64,000 bases of DNA from Escherichia coli (lineage in GTDB: Bacteria > Pseudomonadota > Gammaproteobacteria > Enterobacterales > Enterobacteriaceae), in the NCBI RefSeq assembly GCF_051903065.1, contig NZ_CP178438.1; one strand, written 5' to 3'. Made by a program: the position numbers and the translations under genes. The notes beneath the pieces were generated by a model. That model was not told the origin of the DNA. It saw only the letters and a program-made list of their open reading frames with translations, and did not search any database. Below, one piece after another: positions 19,471-30,325 of the stretch (position 1 is its first letter; the number at the start of each line of letters is the position of its first letter).

Positions 19471-21306
19471 GTGAAACGACTACAATCATTAAAAGAAGCA
19501 AAAACAAAACCAGACTTGGCTAAGCTATTAGGAATCAAACCTTCAGCGTTAACATACTGCCTATATGTATTAAAACCTGAAAATCAATACACACAGTTTA
19601 AGATACCAAAAAAAAATGGCGGCGAACGGATAATAAGTGCACCTAACGGAATATTAAAGACGATACAGTCATCCTTATCAAGACTGCTTCTAGATTGCTT
19701 AGACGAAATAGTTTGCATTAAGTTTCCAGACTCAGAGTTAGCAAGGCAGAAAGCAAAAAACTCAAAAATATTAAAGTTAAAATGTTCCAACTCAGAAATC
19801 AAACAACCCTCACTGTCTCATGGATTTGAAAGAAAGCGTTCAATTATTACAAATGCAATGATGCACTTGGGGAAAAAATATGTTTTTAATATAGACTTGG
19901 ATAATTTTTTCGGCAGTTTTAACTTTGGTAGAGTCCGAGGTTTTTTCATAAAAAATAGAAACTTTGCACTCGATCCGGAAATCGCAACTGTAATTGCTAA
20001 AATTGCGTGCTACAACAATGAACTACCCCAAGGCAGCCCATGCTCCCCAGTAATCACTAATCTAATCACTCACTCGTTAGACATTAAACTGGCAGCGATT
20101 GCATCAAGAAACTCATCCACTTTTACAAGATATGCTGATGATATTACATTCTCTACGAGGAAGGGGGAGTTTCCTTCTGCTATAGCAAAAAATCAAAATG
20201 GTAAATATATCGTTAGTAAGAAAATTAGGGGCGAGATAACTCGCTCAGGTTTTATAATTAATGATGGGAAGACAAGAAATCAGTATAAAGACTCGAGGCA
20301 AGATGTAACAGGCTTAGTGGTTAATAAAAAGCCAAACACGAAAAAAGAATATTGGAGGCTTGTGCGTGCGCAATGTGACCATTTATTTAAACATGGTGAG
20401 TTCTTAGAGGTGATTGACGGCAAGGAAATAAAGGGGAATGTTAATAGCCTTGCAGGCAAACTTAACTTCATAGACCAAGTTGACCACTATAATAGATTGC
20501 GTCAAGGCGAAAAATTAAATCCAAAATATCACTTAAAAAAAGATGCCAATAAAAATGGCCATGCCAAAAAAAGGCGTTACTTACATAGTTCTAGAGAAAA
20601 AACGTTTAGTGAGTTTCTCTTCTATCGTTTATTTTATGGCAATGAATTACCAACAATTCTTACGGAAGGTAAAACTGACAATATTTATCTGAAGGCAGCA
20701 ATACATAAGTTAGCCTCATCATTCCCTAATTTGGCGGTCGCTGAAAGTCCAGGGCTCTCTTATAAGCCACGGACTAAATTTGTTAACTACAATGAGCGGA
20801 CAAAATATTTACTTGAACTTTATGGTGGTGCTGATTATTTAAAGGATTTTGTTATTCATTATAAACAACACTTTAATCGTTATAAGGCTCCCAAACCATC
20901 TAATCCAGTAATTATACTTGTTGATAATGATAGCGGACCAAAAGATCTGATTAATTACGTTAGTAAAGTTGATAATATTGGTATTTTCCCCACAGGTGTT
21001 CCAGATATCCGCGCCTCTGAGTTTGTACATATTTTTTGTAATCTTTATTTAGTGCTTACCCCTCAAGTTAAGGGATATACAGGAACTGATATAGAGCATT
21101 TTTTTAAAGATACAGATCGACTTAGACCACATAAAGGTAAGTTTTTCAATACAGTCTCTAAGCGTGATCATGATAATGATTTGAGCAAGGAATCTTTCGC
21201 AACTCATATTGTTCATGCCCACAAGCATGAAATTGATTTTAGTGGATTTACAAGCCTGTTAGAACGGTTAGTAAAAGTCATAAATCACTTTGACACTGTT
21301 AAGTAA
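19471..21306 (+). CDS. retron-type reverse transcriptase fused to a C-terminal Toprim domain (Retron-Eco2/Ec67-like architecture)
   Basis: 611 aa; NAMMH (NAxxH) at about 128-132, motif A NIDLDNFF, QGSPCSP, YADD at 221-224, VTG at 279-281; C-terminal TEGKTD and DND motifs suggestive of Toprim; GTG start after AGAGG. Confidence 0.8.
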   Translation: MKRLQSLKEAKTKPDLAKLLGIKPSALTYCLYVLKPENQYTQFKIPKKNGGERIISAPNGILKTIQSSLSRLLLDCLDEIVCIKFPDSELARQKAKNSKILKLKCSNSEIKQPSLSHGFERKRSIITNAMMHLGKKYVFNIDLDNFFGSFNFGRVRGFFIKNRNFALDPEIATVIAKIACYNNELPQGSPCSPVITNLITHSLDIKLAAIASRNSSTFTRYADDITFSTRKGEFPSAIAKNQNGKYIVSKKIRGEITRSGFIINDGKTRNQYKDSRQDVTGLVVNKKPNTKKEYWRLVRAQCDHLFKHGEFLEVIDGKEIKGNVNSLAGKLNFIDQVDHYNRLRQGEKLNPKYHLKKDANKNGHAKKRRYLHSSREKTFSEFLFYRLFYGNELPTILTEGKTDNIYLKAAIHKLASSFPNLAVAESPGLSYKPRTKFVNYNERTKYLLELYGGADYLKDFVIHYKQHFNRYKAPKPSNPVIILVDNDSGPKDLINYVSKVDNIGIFPTGVPDIRASEFVHIFCNLYLVLTPQVKGYTGTDIEHFFKDTDRLRPHKGKFFNTVSKRDHDNDLSKESFATHIVHAHKHEIDFSGFTSLLERLVKVINHFDTVK

Positions 21307-21365
21307 TATTATGATGCGCACTGATTATTCCTTATTCAGCTAAAATTTCTGGTAATGACTCCAAC

Positions 21366-21869
21366 TTATTGATAGTGTTTTATGTTCAGATAATGCCCGA
21401 TGACTTTGTCATGCAGCTCCACCGATTTTGAGAACGACAGCGACTTCCGTCCCAGCCGTGCCAGGTGCTGCCTCAGATTCAGGTTATGCCGCTCAATTCG
21501 CTGCGTATATCGCTTGCTGATTACGTGCAGCTTTCCCTTCAGGCGGGATTCATACAGCGGCCAGCCATCCGTCATCCATATCACCACGTCAAAGGGTGAC
21601 AGCAGGCTCATAAGACGCCCCAGCGTCGCCATAGTGCGTTCACCGAATACGTGCGCAACAACCGTCTTCCGGAGCCTGTCATACGCGTAAAACAGCCAGC
21701 GCTGGCGCGATTTAGCCCCGACATAGCCCCACTGTTCGTCCATTTCCGCGCAGACGATGACGTCACTGCCCGGCTGTATGCGCGAGGTTACCGACTGCGG
21801 CCTGAGTTTTTTAAGTGACGTAAAATCGTGTTGAGGCCAACGCCCATAATGCGGGCTGTTGCCCGGCAT
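21366..21869 (-). CDS. insB: IS1 InsB
   Basis: 167-aa ORF matching the remembered IS1 InsB sequence. Confidence 0.9.
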
Positions 21870-22063
21870 CCAACGCCATTCATGGCCATATCAATGATTT
21901 TCTGGTGCGTACCGGGTTGAGAAGCGGTGTAAGTGAACTGCAGTTGCCATGTTTTACGGCAGTGAGAGCAGAGATAGCGCTGATGTCCGGCGGTGCTTTT
22001 GCCGTTACGCACCACCCCGTCAGTAGCTGAACAGGAGGGACAGCTGATAGAAACAGAAGCCAC
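21788..22063 (-). CDS. insA: IS1 InsA
   Basis: 91-aa ORF matching the remembered IS1 InsA sequence (zinc-finger CPSC...CSHC). Confidence 0.9.
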
Positions 22064-22382
22064 TGGAGCACCTCAAAAACACCATCATACACTAAATCAG
22101 TAAGTTGGCAGCATCACCCCCTTTTCGTATATGCTAACCGTGAGCGGGAGTGAACAAGTCACCATAGCCAGGAACACTAGCGGCGTAATTCTTAAGCTGA
22201 GTGGCATTTCACCTGCGGTTTATCAGTGCATTCATAGTACCTTCATCAGCCAGATTGAACGAGTCAGCTTAGAATTTGCTGGCGAGGTTGTCACTATGAA
22301 GCATGAGAGTTACCTCAATGTTTATATAAGGATTCGGTCCCCATACCTGGAACGGTAACTCTCAATCTGATCGGTTCCTGAG

Positions 22383-24071
22383 TCAGTTCAAATCACGACT
22401 CATTTTTTTCGCTCTCACCGGCATCCCATTTGCCACAAAATATCCCGCCGTGCTCCTCGGCAACGCTCCCTGTCCACGAATCATGTCCGCTATTTTCTCG
22501 CCAATCATAATTGTCGTGGCGTTCAAATTCCCGGTGATAATCTGCGGCATAATTGACGCATCCACCACGCGCAGGCCTTCCAGCCCATGCACGCGGCCTT
22601 CGCCGTCAACCACTGCCATCTCGTCATAACCCATTTTGCAGGTACCGCACGGGTGGAAGGCGGTTTCGGCGTGGTTACGCACGAACTCATCGAGTTGCTC
22701 ATCCGTCTGACATTCCGTGCCGGGGCTGATTTCGCGGCCACGATACTGATCCAGCGCCGGTTGATGCATGATCTCGCGGGTGATGCGAATTGCGTCGCGG
22801 AACTCCTGCCAGTCCTGCTCGTGCGACATGTAGTTAAACAGAATCGCCGGATGCTGGTGCGGGTCGCGGGATTTAATCCGCACATGCCCACGGCTTGGCG
22901 AGCGCATCGATCCGACGTGGCACTGGAAGCCGTGCTCTTTCACTGCATTCGAGCCGTTATAGTTAATCGCTACCGGCAGGAAGTGATACTGAATATTCGG
23001 CCACGCAAATTCCTCTCGGCTGCGAATAAATCCGCCTGCTTCAAAGTGGTTGCTGGCACCAACGCCGGTGCCGCCAAACAGCCACTCCGCACCGATTTTC
23101 GGCTGATTCCACCACTGCAGGGCAGGGTAGAGGGAAACCGGTTCTTTGCACTCATATTGCAGATACATCTCCAGATGATCCTGAAGATTTTCACCGACGC
23201 CGGGTAAATCATGCACCAGCGGAATATCAAACTCCGCCAGCAGTTCAGCGCTACCCACGCCGGAACGTTGCAGGATCTGCGGAGAGGCGATCGCACCTGC
23301 ACATAACAGCACCTCTTTATTCGCTGTCGCGCGGGTTGGAATGGTGCTGTCGCCTTCCTGCCACTCGACGCCCACCGCGCGTTTGCCGTCAAAAATGATG
23401 TGATCGGTCATAGCGCGAGTACGAATGGTCAGGTTAGGGCGCGATTTGGCCTGATCGAGATAGCCGCGCGCGGTACTGGCGCGACGGCCCTGCGGCGTGA
23501 CGGTGCGATCCATCGGACCAAAACCTTCCTGCTGATAACCGTTGAGATCGTCCGTGCGCGGGTAGCCCGCCTGCACGCCCGCTTCAATCATCGCTTCAAA
23601 CAGCGGATTGACGCCGGGTTTGGAGGTAGTGACGCTCACCGGGCCATCGCCACCGTGGTAGTCGTTCTCGCCCACATCGCGAGTCTCGGCCTTGCGGTAG
23701 TAGGGCAGGCAGTCGAGATAACTCCAGTTCTCCAGACCGGGTTCTTGCGCCCAGTTATCGAGATCCAGCGCATTGCCACGGATGTAGCACATGCCGTTGA
23801 TCAGCGACGATCCACCCAGACCTTTACCGCGTCCGCACTCCATGCGGCGGTTATTCATAAACGGTTCAGGTTCCGTTTCATAGGCCCAGTTGTAGCGTTT
23901 ACCCTGTAGCGGGAATGCCAGGGCAGCGGGCATCTGGGTGCGGAAGTCAAAGCGATAGTCCGGGCCGCCCGCTTCAAGCAGCAGCACGGAGGTATTCGGA
24001 TCTTCAGTCAGACGGGTAGCGAGAACGTTGCCGGCTGAGCCGGCACCAATAATGATGTAGTCAAATTGCAA
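22383..24071 (-). CDS. betA: choline dehydrogenase
   Basis: Translation matches BetA ([20 protein letters not shown]...); apparent TTG start 5 nt after AGGAGG, because the supplied ORF extends upstream without an in-frame ATG. Confidence 0.9.
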   Translation of the reverse strand: MQFDYIIIGAGSAGNVLATRLTEDPNTSVLLLEAGGPDYRFDFRTQMPAALAFPLQGKRYNWAYETEPEPFMNNRRMECGRGKGLGGSSLINGMCYIRGNALDLDNWAQEPGLENWSYLDCLPYYRKAETRDVGENDYHGGDGPVSVTTSKPGVNPLFEAMIEAGVQAGYPRTDDLNGYQQEGFGPMDRTVTPQGRRASTARGYLDQAKSRPNLTIRTRAMTDHIIFDGKRAVGVEWQEGDSTIPTRATANKEVLLCAGAIASPQILQRSGVGSAELLAEFDIPLVHDLPGVGENLQDHLEMYLQYECKEPVSLYPALQWWNQPKIGAEWLFGGTGVGASNHFEAGGFIRSREEFAWPNIQYHFLPVAINYNGSNAVKEHGFQCHVGSMRSPSRGHVRIKSRDPHQHPAILFNYMSHEQDWQEFRDAIRITREIMHQPALDQYRGREISPGTECQTDEQLDEFVRNHAETAFHPCGTCKMGYDEMAVVDGEGRVHGLEGLRVVDASIMPQIITGNLNATTIMIGEKIADMIRGQGALPRSTAGYFVANGMPVRAKKMSRDLN

Positions 24072-24084
24072 ATAAACCTCCTGG

Positions 24085-25557
24085 TTAGAATATGGACTGG
24101 AATTTAGCCATCTCAACCTGGATGGACTTCACCTGGGTGTAACTCTGGAGCGTCATCACGCCGTTCTCGCGACCAATGCCGGAGTGTTTGTAGCCGCCAA
24201 CGGGCATCTCTGCCGGGGATTCGCCCCAGGTGTTGATCCAGCAAATACCCGCTTCCAGCTGATGAATGACGCGATGCGCGCGGTTCAGGTCCGCCGTCAC
24301 GATTCCCGCCGCCAGGCCGTAGTCGGTATCGTTAGCGCGGCGAATGACTTCCTCTTCCGACTCGTAGGTCAGAATGGACATCACCGGCCCGAAGATCTCT
24401 TCACGCACGATGGTCATCTCGTCGCTGCAATCGGTGAACACGGTCGGTGCAACCCATGCGCCGTTATCGAGGCCATCGCCTTTCAGTACATCGCCGCCGC
24501 ACAGTACGCGCGCGCCTTCCTCTTTGCCTTTGGCGATATAGCGCAGCACGTTATCGCGATGCGGGAAGCTGACCAGCGGGCCGAAGTTAGTTTGCGGATC
24601 GAAAACGTCGCCCGCGCGAATGCGCTCAACGCGCGCCAGAATTTTCTGCTCAAATGCGGCTTTGCATTTCGCCGGAACGAAGACGCGGGTGCCATTGGTA
24701 CACACCTGACCGGAGCTGAAGAAGTTTGCCATCATGGCGATATCGGCGGCGAGATCGAGATCCGCATCATCGAAAACGATCAGCGGTGATTTACCGCCCA
24801 GTTCCATGGTCACTTCTTTCAGGGAAGAGGCCGCCGAGTTAGCCATCACTTTTTTGCCGCTGGCGACACCGCCGGTAAATGAAACTTTGGCAATGCCCGG
24901 ATGCTCGGTCAGATATTGCCCGGTCTCCGCGCCCACGCCCGGCAACACGTTAAATACGCCGTCCGGCAGGCCCGCTTCGCTGTAAATTTCAGCCAGCTTT
25001 AACGCGGTAAGCGGGGTGACTTCGCTCGGTTTGAAAATCATTGCGTTGCCTGCCGCCAGCGCCGGGGCGGATTTCCACAGGGCAATCTGGATCGGGTAGT
25101 TCCATGCGCCAATCCCCGCCACCACGCCCAGCGGTTCGCGGCGGGTATAAACAAATGACGTCTCACGCAACGGGATCTGGCTGCCTTCCAGCGCCGGGAT
25201 CAGCCCGGCGTAGTACTCCAGCACGTCCGCACCGGTAACGATATCGACGGTTGAGGTTTCCGAATATGCTTTTCCGGTGTCGAGGGTTTCCAGTTTTGCG
25301 AGTTCGTCATTGCGTTCACGCAGAATATCAACGGCCCGACGCAGAATACGCGAGCGTTCCATAGCGGTCATCGCCGCCCAGATTTTTTGCCCCTGTTGGG
25401 CACTCTTCACGGCGCGATCGACATCCTCACGCCCGGCGGCCTGCACGGTCGCCAGCACGTTACCGTTGGCCGGGTTAATGGTCTCGAAAGTGCGACCGCT
25501 GGTGGCGGAGGTATAACCACCATGTATATAAAGCTGCTGTTCTGCCATTCGGGACAT
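24085..25557 (-). CDS. betB: betaine aldehyde dehydrogenase
   Basis: Translation matches BetB ([15 protein letters not shown]...), aldehyde dehydrogenase family. Confidence 0.9.
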   Translation of the reverse strand: MSRMAEQQLYIHGGYTSATSGRTFETINPANGNVLATVQAAGREDVDRAVKSAQQGQKIWAAMTAMERSRILRRAVDILRERNDELAKLETLDTGKAYSETSTVDIVTGADVLEYYAGLIPALEGSQIPLRETSFVYTRREPLGVVAGIGAWNYPIQIALWKSAPALAAGNAMIFKPSEVTPLTALKLAEIYSEAGLPDGVFNVLPGVGAETGQYLTEHPGIAKVSFTGGVASGKKVMANSAASSLKEVTMELGGKSPLIVFDDADLDLAADIAMMANFFSSGQVCTNGTRVFVPAKCKAAFEQKILARVERIRAGDVFDPQTNFGPLVSFPHRDNVLRYIAKGKEEGARVLCGGDVLKGDGLDNGAWVAPTVFTDCSDEMTIVREEIFGPVMSILTYESEEEVIRRANDTDYGLAAGIVTADLNRAHRVIHQLEAGICWINTWGESPAEMPVGGYKHSGIGRENGVMTLQSYTQVKSIQVEMAKFQSIF

Positions 25558-25570
25558 CACGTCTCCTCGG

Positions 25571-26158
25571 TTAATCGGTGGGTAAATGCTGAGTAATAAA
25601 GTGACGGGTCAGCGAGTGTGCGAGAGGTTTATCCAGCGGTTTGCCGCTCAGTGCCGCGCGCAGCCATAATCCGTCAATCAGCGCGGCAAGGCCGTAGCCC
25701 GCTTCCTGTGCCTGGTGGCGCGGCAATTCGCGGCGAAACTCGCTCACCAGATTCGACAGCAAGCGGCGGCTGCTGACCTGCTGTAAACGATAGAGCATCG
25801 GCTGATGCATACTGCTGGCCCAGAACGCCAGCCAGGCTTTCATCGCCGCACTGCTCACCTGCGTTTCATCGAAGTTTCCGCCAACAATCGCCTGTAATCG
25901 CTGCTCAGCACTGCCCTGCGGAAGTGCATGTAATCGATTCAAAACCGCGTCACGCAGCTGACTGGTGATATCGCGCATGGTTGCTTCCAGCAGACCATTT
26001 TTGTCCCTGAAATAGTGGCTGATGATCCCCGTAGAAACGCCTGCACGGCGGGCGATCTGCGCGATCGTTGCATCGTGCATGCCCACTTCATTTATTGCTT
26101 CCAGCGTGGCGTCGATCAGTTGTCTGCGCCGGATCGACTGCATCCCCAATTTGGGCAT
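25571..26158 (-). CDS. betI: TetR-family repressor of the bet regulon
   Basis: Translation from [14 protein letters not shown] matches BetI. Confidence 0.9.
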
Positions 26159-26286
26159 TTTCGCCACTCCATTCATCAGCGTTGTTTATCTATTAAAGCG
26201 GTTATTGATTGGACGTTCAATATAAAATGTGTCTTAATTGTTACGAATTTGATTTTAAATGGTAACAATAACAGTGGGGATACTGG
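26159..26286. promoter_or_regulatory. divergent betI / betT promoter-operator region
   Basis: Short intergenic region between divergently transcribed betIBA and betT; role assigned from known bet regulon organisation. Confidence 0.45.
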
Positions 26287-28320
26287 ATGACAGACCTTTC
26301 ACACAGCAGGGAAAAGGACAAAATCAATCCGGTGGTGTTTTACACCTCCGCCGGACTGATTTTGTTGTTTTCCCTGACAACGATCCTGTTTCGCGACTTC
26401 TCGGCCCTGTGGATTGGCCGCACGCTGGACTGGGTTTCTAAAACCTTCGGTTGGTACTATCTGCTGGCGGCAACGCTCTATATTGTCTTTGTGGTCTGTA
26501 TCGCTTGTTCGCGTTTTGGTTCGGTGAAGCTCGGGCCAGAACAATCCAAACCGGAATTCAGCCTGCTGAGTTGGGCGGCGATGCTGTTTGCTGCCGGGAT
26601 CGGTATCGATCTGATGTTCTTTTCCGTAGCCGAACCGGTAACGCAGTATATGCAGCCGCCGGAAGGCGCGGGACAGACGATTGAGGCCGCGCGTCAGGCG
26701 ATGGTCTGGACGCTGTTTCACTACGGCTTAACCGGCTGGTCGATGTATGCGCTGATGGGCATGGCGCTCGGATACTTTAGCTATCGTTATAATTTGCCGC
26801 TCACCATCCGCTCGGCGCTGTACCCGATCTTCGGTAAACGGATTAACGGGCCGATAGGTCACTCAGTGGATATTGCAGCGGTGATCGGCACTATCTTCGG
26901 TATTGCCACTACGCTCGGTATCGGTGTGGTGCAGCTTAACTATGGCTTGAGCGTACTGTTTGATATTCCCGATTCGATGGCGGCAAAAGCGGCACTGATC
27001 GCCTTGTCGGTGATAATCGCCACTATCTCGGTGACATCCGGTGTCGATAAGGGCATTCGCGTGTTATCGGAGCTTAATGTCGCGCTGGCGCTGGGATTGA
27101 TCCTGTTCGTGTTGTTTATGGGCGACACTTCGTTCCTGCTTAATGCACTGGTGCTGAATGTTGGCGACTATGTGAATCGCTTTATGGGCATGACGCTCAA
27201 CAGTTTTGCCTTCGACCGTCCAGTTGAGTGGATGAATAACTGGACGCTCTTCTTCTGGGCATGGTGGGTGGCATGGTCGCCGTTTGTCGGCTTGTTCCTG
27301 GCGCGTATCTCGCGTGGGCGTACCATTCGCCAGTTCGTGCTGGGCACGTTGATTATTCCGTTTACCTTCACGCTGTTATGGCTCTCGGTGTTCGGCAATA
27401 GCGCGCTGTATGAAATCATCCACGGCGGCGCGGCATTTGCAGAGGAAGCGATGGTCCATCCGGAGCGCGGCTTCTACAGCCTGCTGGCGCAGTATCCGGC
27501 GTTTACCTTTAGCGCCTCCGTCGCCACCATTACTGGCCTGCTGTTTTATGTGACCTCGGCGGACTCCGGGGCGCTGGTGCTGGGGAATTTCACCTCGCAG
27601 CTTAAAGATATCAACAGCGACGCCCCCGGCTGGCTGCGCGTCTTCTGGTCGGTGGCGATTGGCCTGCTGACGCTCGGCATGCTGATGACCAACGGGATAT
27701 CCGCGCTGCAAAACACCACGGTGATTATGGGGCTGCCGTTCAGCTTTGTGATTTTCTTCGTGATGGCGGGGTTGTATAAATCTCTGAAAGTAGAAGATTA
27801 CCGCCGTGAAAGTGCCAACCGCGATACCGCGCCGCGACCGCTGGGGCTTCAGGATCGCCTGAGTTGGAAAAAACGTCTCTCGCGCCTGATGAATTATCCG
27901 GGCACGCGTTACACTAAACAGATGATGGAGACGGTCTGTTACCCGGCAATGGAAGAAGTGGCGCAGGAGCTGCGGTTGCGCGGCGCGTACGTGGAGCTAA
28001 AAAGCCTGCCGCCGGAAGAGGGACAACAGTTGGGGCATCTGGATTTGTTGGTGCATATGGGCGAAGAGCAAAACTTTGTCTATCAGATTTGGCCGCAGCA
28101 ATATTCGGTGCCGGGCTTTACCTACCGCGCACGTAGCGGTAAATCGACTTACTACCGGCTGGAAACTTTCCTGTTAGAAGGCAGCCAGGGCAACGACCTG
28201 ATGGACTACAGCAAAGAGCAGGTGATCACCGATATTCTTGACCAGTACGAGCGGCACCTTAACTTTATTCATCTCCATCGTGAAGCGCCGGGCCATAGCG
28301 TGATGTTCCCGGACGCGTGA
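26287..28320 (+). CDS. betT: choline transporter (BCCT family)
   Basis: 677-aa ORF matching BetT. Confidence 0.9.
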   Translation: MTDLSHSREKDKINPVVFYTSAGLILLFSLTTILFRDFSALWIGRTLDWVSKTFGWYYLLAATLYIVFVVCIACSRFGSVKLGPEQSKPEFSLLSWAAMLFAAGIGIDLMFFSVAEPVTQYMQPPEGAGQTIEAARQAMVWTLFHYGLTGWSMYALMGMALGYFSYRYNLPLTIRSALYPIFGKRINGPIGHSVDIAAVIGTIFGIATTLGIGVVQLNYGLSVLFDIPDSMAAKAALIALSVIIATISVTSGVDKGIRVLSELNVALALGLILFVLFMGDTSFLLNALVLNVGDYVNRFMGMTLNSFAFDRPVEWMNNWTLFFWAWWVAWSPFVGLFLARISRGRTIRQFVLGTLIIPFTFTLLWLSVFGNSALYEIIHGGAAFAEEAMVHPERGFYSLLAQYPAFTFSASVATITGLLFYVTSADSGALVLGNFTSQLKDINSDAPGWLRVFWSVAIGLLTLGMLMTNGISALQNTTVIMGLPFSFVIFFVMAGLYKSLKVEDYRRESANRDTAPRPLGLQDRLSWKKRLSRLMNYPGTRYTKQMMETVCYPAMEEVAQELRLRGAYVELKSLPPEEGQQLGHLDLLVHMGEEQNFVYQIWPQQYSVPGFTYRARSGKSTYYRLETFLLEGSQGNDLMDYSKEQVITDILDQYERHLNFIHLHREAPGHSVMFPDA

Positions 28321-28334
28321 TTGTTATTGCATAA

Positions 28335-28370
28335 AACCGCGCCATGTCTGCATATGGCGCGGTTTCTCTT
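28335..28370 (+). terminator. rho-independent terminator of betT
   Basis: AACCGCGCCAT-N8-ATGGCGCGGTT perfect 11-bp stem followed by TCTCTT. Confidence 0.55.
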
Positions 28371-29195
28371 ACCTCTTGATACGTTATATCTGTACGGTTA
28401 AGCCCTTAGTATCGATTGATGATTGCCAGGCAACAGATAATAAAAAAGAAAAGAACTATTGAAGCCCAAAACCTACATTTGGACTGTTGTGAATGTTCAA
28501 TAAGCTTAGTCTTATTTAATGTAAATATTGGTGCTAATTTGAAATGACGATTTATTCATGGGGAACGCGTAGCGCAAATCAACTAAAATCAATGTAACCG
28601 TTTGTTGTTTAAGGTTTAATTGTCTGTGTCTGATATTTTATTGATTGTTTTAAATATTGTTTTTATTGTCATTGTTATAATGTTGGCTATCTATTGCTGA
28701 ATGGATTCAGTCTTAAAAGGCAGGTTGTTAAGGGATAGGCATAGAGTAATGACGTGTATGCATAACCAACATCTTTACTCATTATGTCATTGAATGTTGA
28801 CGCTATGCGTTTATGAGGTTGAGGTATTTTCAGTTGATCTGGATTGTTAAATTCATATAATGCGCCTTTACTCATGAGTGGGCATCAATACGTAGTGGGA
28901 AATTATAAATATCGAAATAGTCCAACTACTTCTTTATTACCAAAAATGAGTATCTGAATTTTAATATTGCATTCTTGCGTGATTATCTCCTGAGTTTGAC
29001 TTGTGATTACCTTTTTAAGGTATTTAGCGTAACTGTTTTTGAGCGAGCATCAGAGGTAAAGATAATCTTCTTGATAGTGATGTGGGATGTTATACGTATG
29101 GCATCGCTAATGTTTATGGTTACCCCTTATGTGTGCTCAGGAATCCACAGGTAATCACTCATACTGAACAGCGATAAAAGATAAAAGGTGTGTTC

Positions 29196-30284
29196 ATGAA
29201 TTCATGTGATTTTCGTGTTTTTCTGCAAGAGTTCGGTACAACGGTTCATTTGTCATTGCCTGGTAGCGTATCCGAGAAAGAACGACTGCTACTCAAGCTG
29301 CTGATGCAGGGAATGTCTGTAACAGAAATATCACAGTACAGAAATCGCAGTGCAAAGACAATTTCACATCAAAAGAAACAGCTCTTTGAGAAACTGGGGA
29401 TTCAGAGCGATATTACTTTCTGGCGCGATATTTTCTTTCAGTACAATCCGGAGATCATATCCGCCACGGGTAGTAATAGTCATAGATATATTAATGATAA
29501 TCACTATCACCATATCGTCACGCCTGAAGCCATCAGTCTGGCGTTGGAAAACCACGAGTTCAAACCGTGGATCCAACCGGTTTTCTGCGCGCAGACTGGG
29601 GTACTGACGGGCTGTGAGGTGCTTGTCCGCTGGGAACATCCACAAACGGGAATTATCCCACCGGATCAGTTTATTCCTCTGGCGGAGTCATCCGGTCTTA
29701 TTGTCATAATGACCCGCCAACTGATGAAACAGACTGCGGATATTCTGATGCCGGTAAAACATTTGCTGCCGGATAATTTCCATATTGGTATCAACGTCTC
29801 GGCGGGTTGTTTTTTGGCCGCGGGATTTGAAAAAGAATGCCTGAACCTGGTCAAGAAATTAGGTAACGATAAAATCAAGCTGGTTCTGGAACTCACCGAA
29901 CGTAACCCAATCCCTGTTACGCCGGAAGCCAGAGCGATATTTGACAGTCTTCATCAGCATAACATTACCTTTGCGCTGGATGACTTTGGTACGGGTTATG
30001 CGACCTATCGTTATCTGCAGGCGTTTCCGGTCGATTTTATTAAGATCGATAAGTCATTTGTGCAAATGGCGAGTGTCGACGAAATATCCGGTCATATTGT
30101 GGACAATATTGTCGAACTGGCGCGTAAGCCTGGTCTGAGTATCGTGGCGGAAGGGGTAGAAACCCAGGAGCAGGCGGATTTAATGATCGGTAAAGGCGTT
30201 CACTTTTTGCAGGGCTATTTGTACTCCCCGCCAGTACCGGGTAATAAATTTGTTTCTGAATGGGTAATGAAAGCTGGTGGTTGA
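29196..30284 (+). CDS. pdeL: c-di-GMP phosphodiesterase with LuxR-type HTH and EAL domain
   Basis: Translation from MNSCDFRVFLQEFG matches PdeL (YahA); preceded by about 870 bp of AT-rich non-coding DNA. Confidence 0.9.
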   Translation: MNSCDFRVFLQEFGTTVHLSLPGSVSEKERLLLKLLMQGMSVTEISQYRNRSAKTISHQKKQLFEKLGIQSDITFWRDIFFQYNPEIISATGSNSHRYINDNHYHHIVTPEAISLALENHEFKPWIQPVFCAQTGVLTGCEVLVRWEHPQTGIIPPDQFIPLAESSGLIVIMTRQLMKQTADILMPVKHLLPDNFHIGINVSAGCFLAAGFEKECLNLVKKLGNDKIKLVLELTERNPIPVTPEARAIFDSLHQHNITFALDDFGTGYATYRYLQAFPVDFIKIDKSFVQMASVDEISGHIVDNIVELARKPGLSIVAEGVETQEQADLMIGKGVHFLQGYLYSPPVPGNKFVSEWVMKAGG

Positions 30285-30325
30285 TGTAAACCGCTATTCA
30301 CAGCGCATCGGGAGGTTGGCAGCGA

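Larger units (their letters stand above)
21351..22118 (-). mobile_element. IS1 insertion sequence (768 bp), no flanking target-site duplication
   Basis: Both IS1 termini recognised (GGTAATGACTCCAACTTATTGATAGTG at the left, CAGTAAGTTGGCAGCATCACC at the right); the 9 bp on each side differ (AAAATTTCT versus CCCTTTTCG). Confidence 0.9.

Noticed and set aside
19471-21306. Alternative identities for the RT: group II intron maturase, AbiA/AbiK/Abi-P2, or DRT/UG-type reverse transcriptase
   Set aside because: Both retron-specific motifs (NAxxH and VTG) are present with a canonical YADD, an inverted-repeat-bounded non-coding region sits just upstream, and there is no intron-like RNA domain or maturase/endonuclease tail; the C-terminus instead shows Toprim-like Glu and DxD motifs.
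22587-23909. Plus-strand ORFs of 206 and 169 aa
   Set aside because: Antisense within betA.
28371-29189. Possible hidden gene or sRNA in the 820-bp AT-rich region upstream of pdeL
   Set aside because: Only a 62-aa minus-strand ORF with no RBS; a long AT-rich regulatory region upstream of pdeL is what I recall for K-12, so nothing is reported beyond that.
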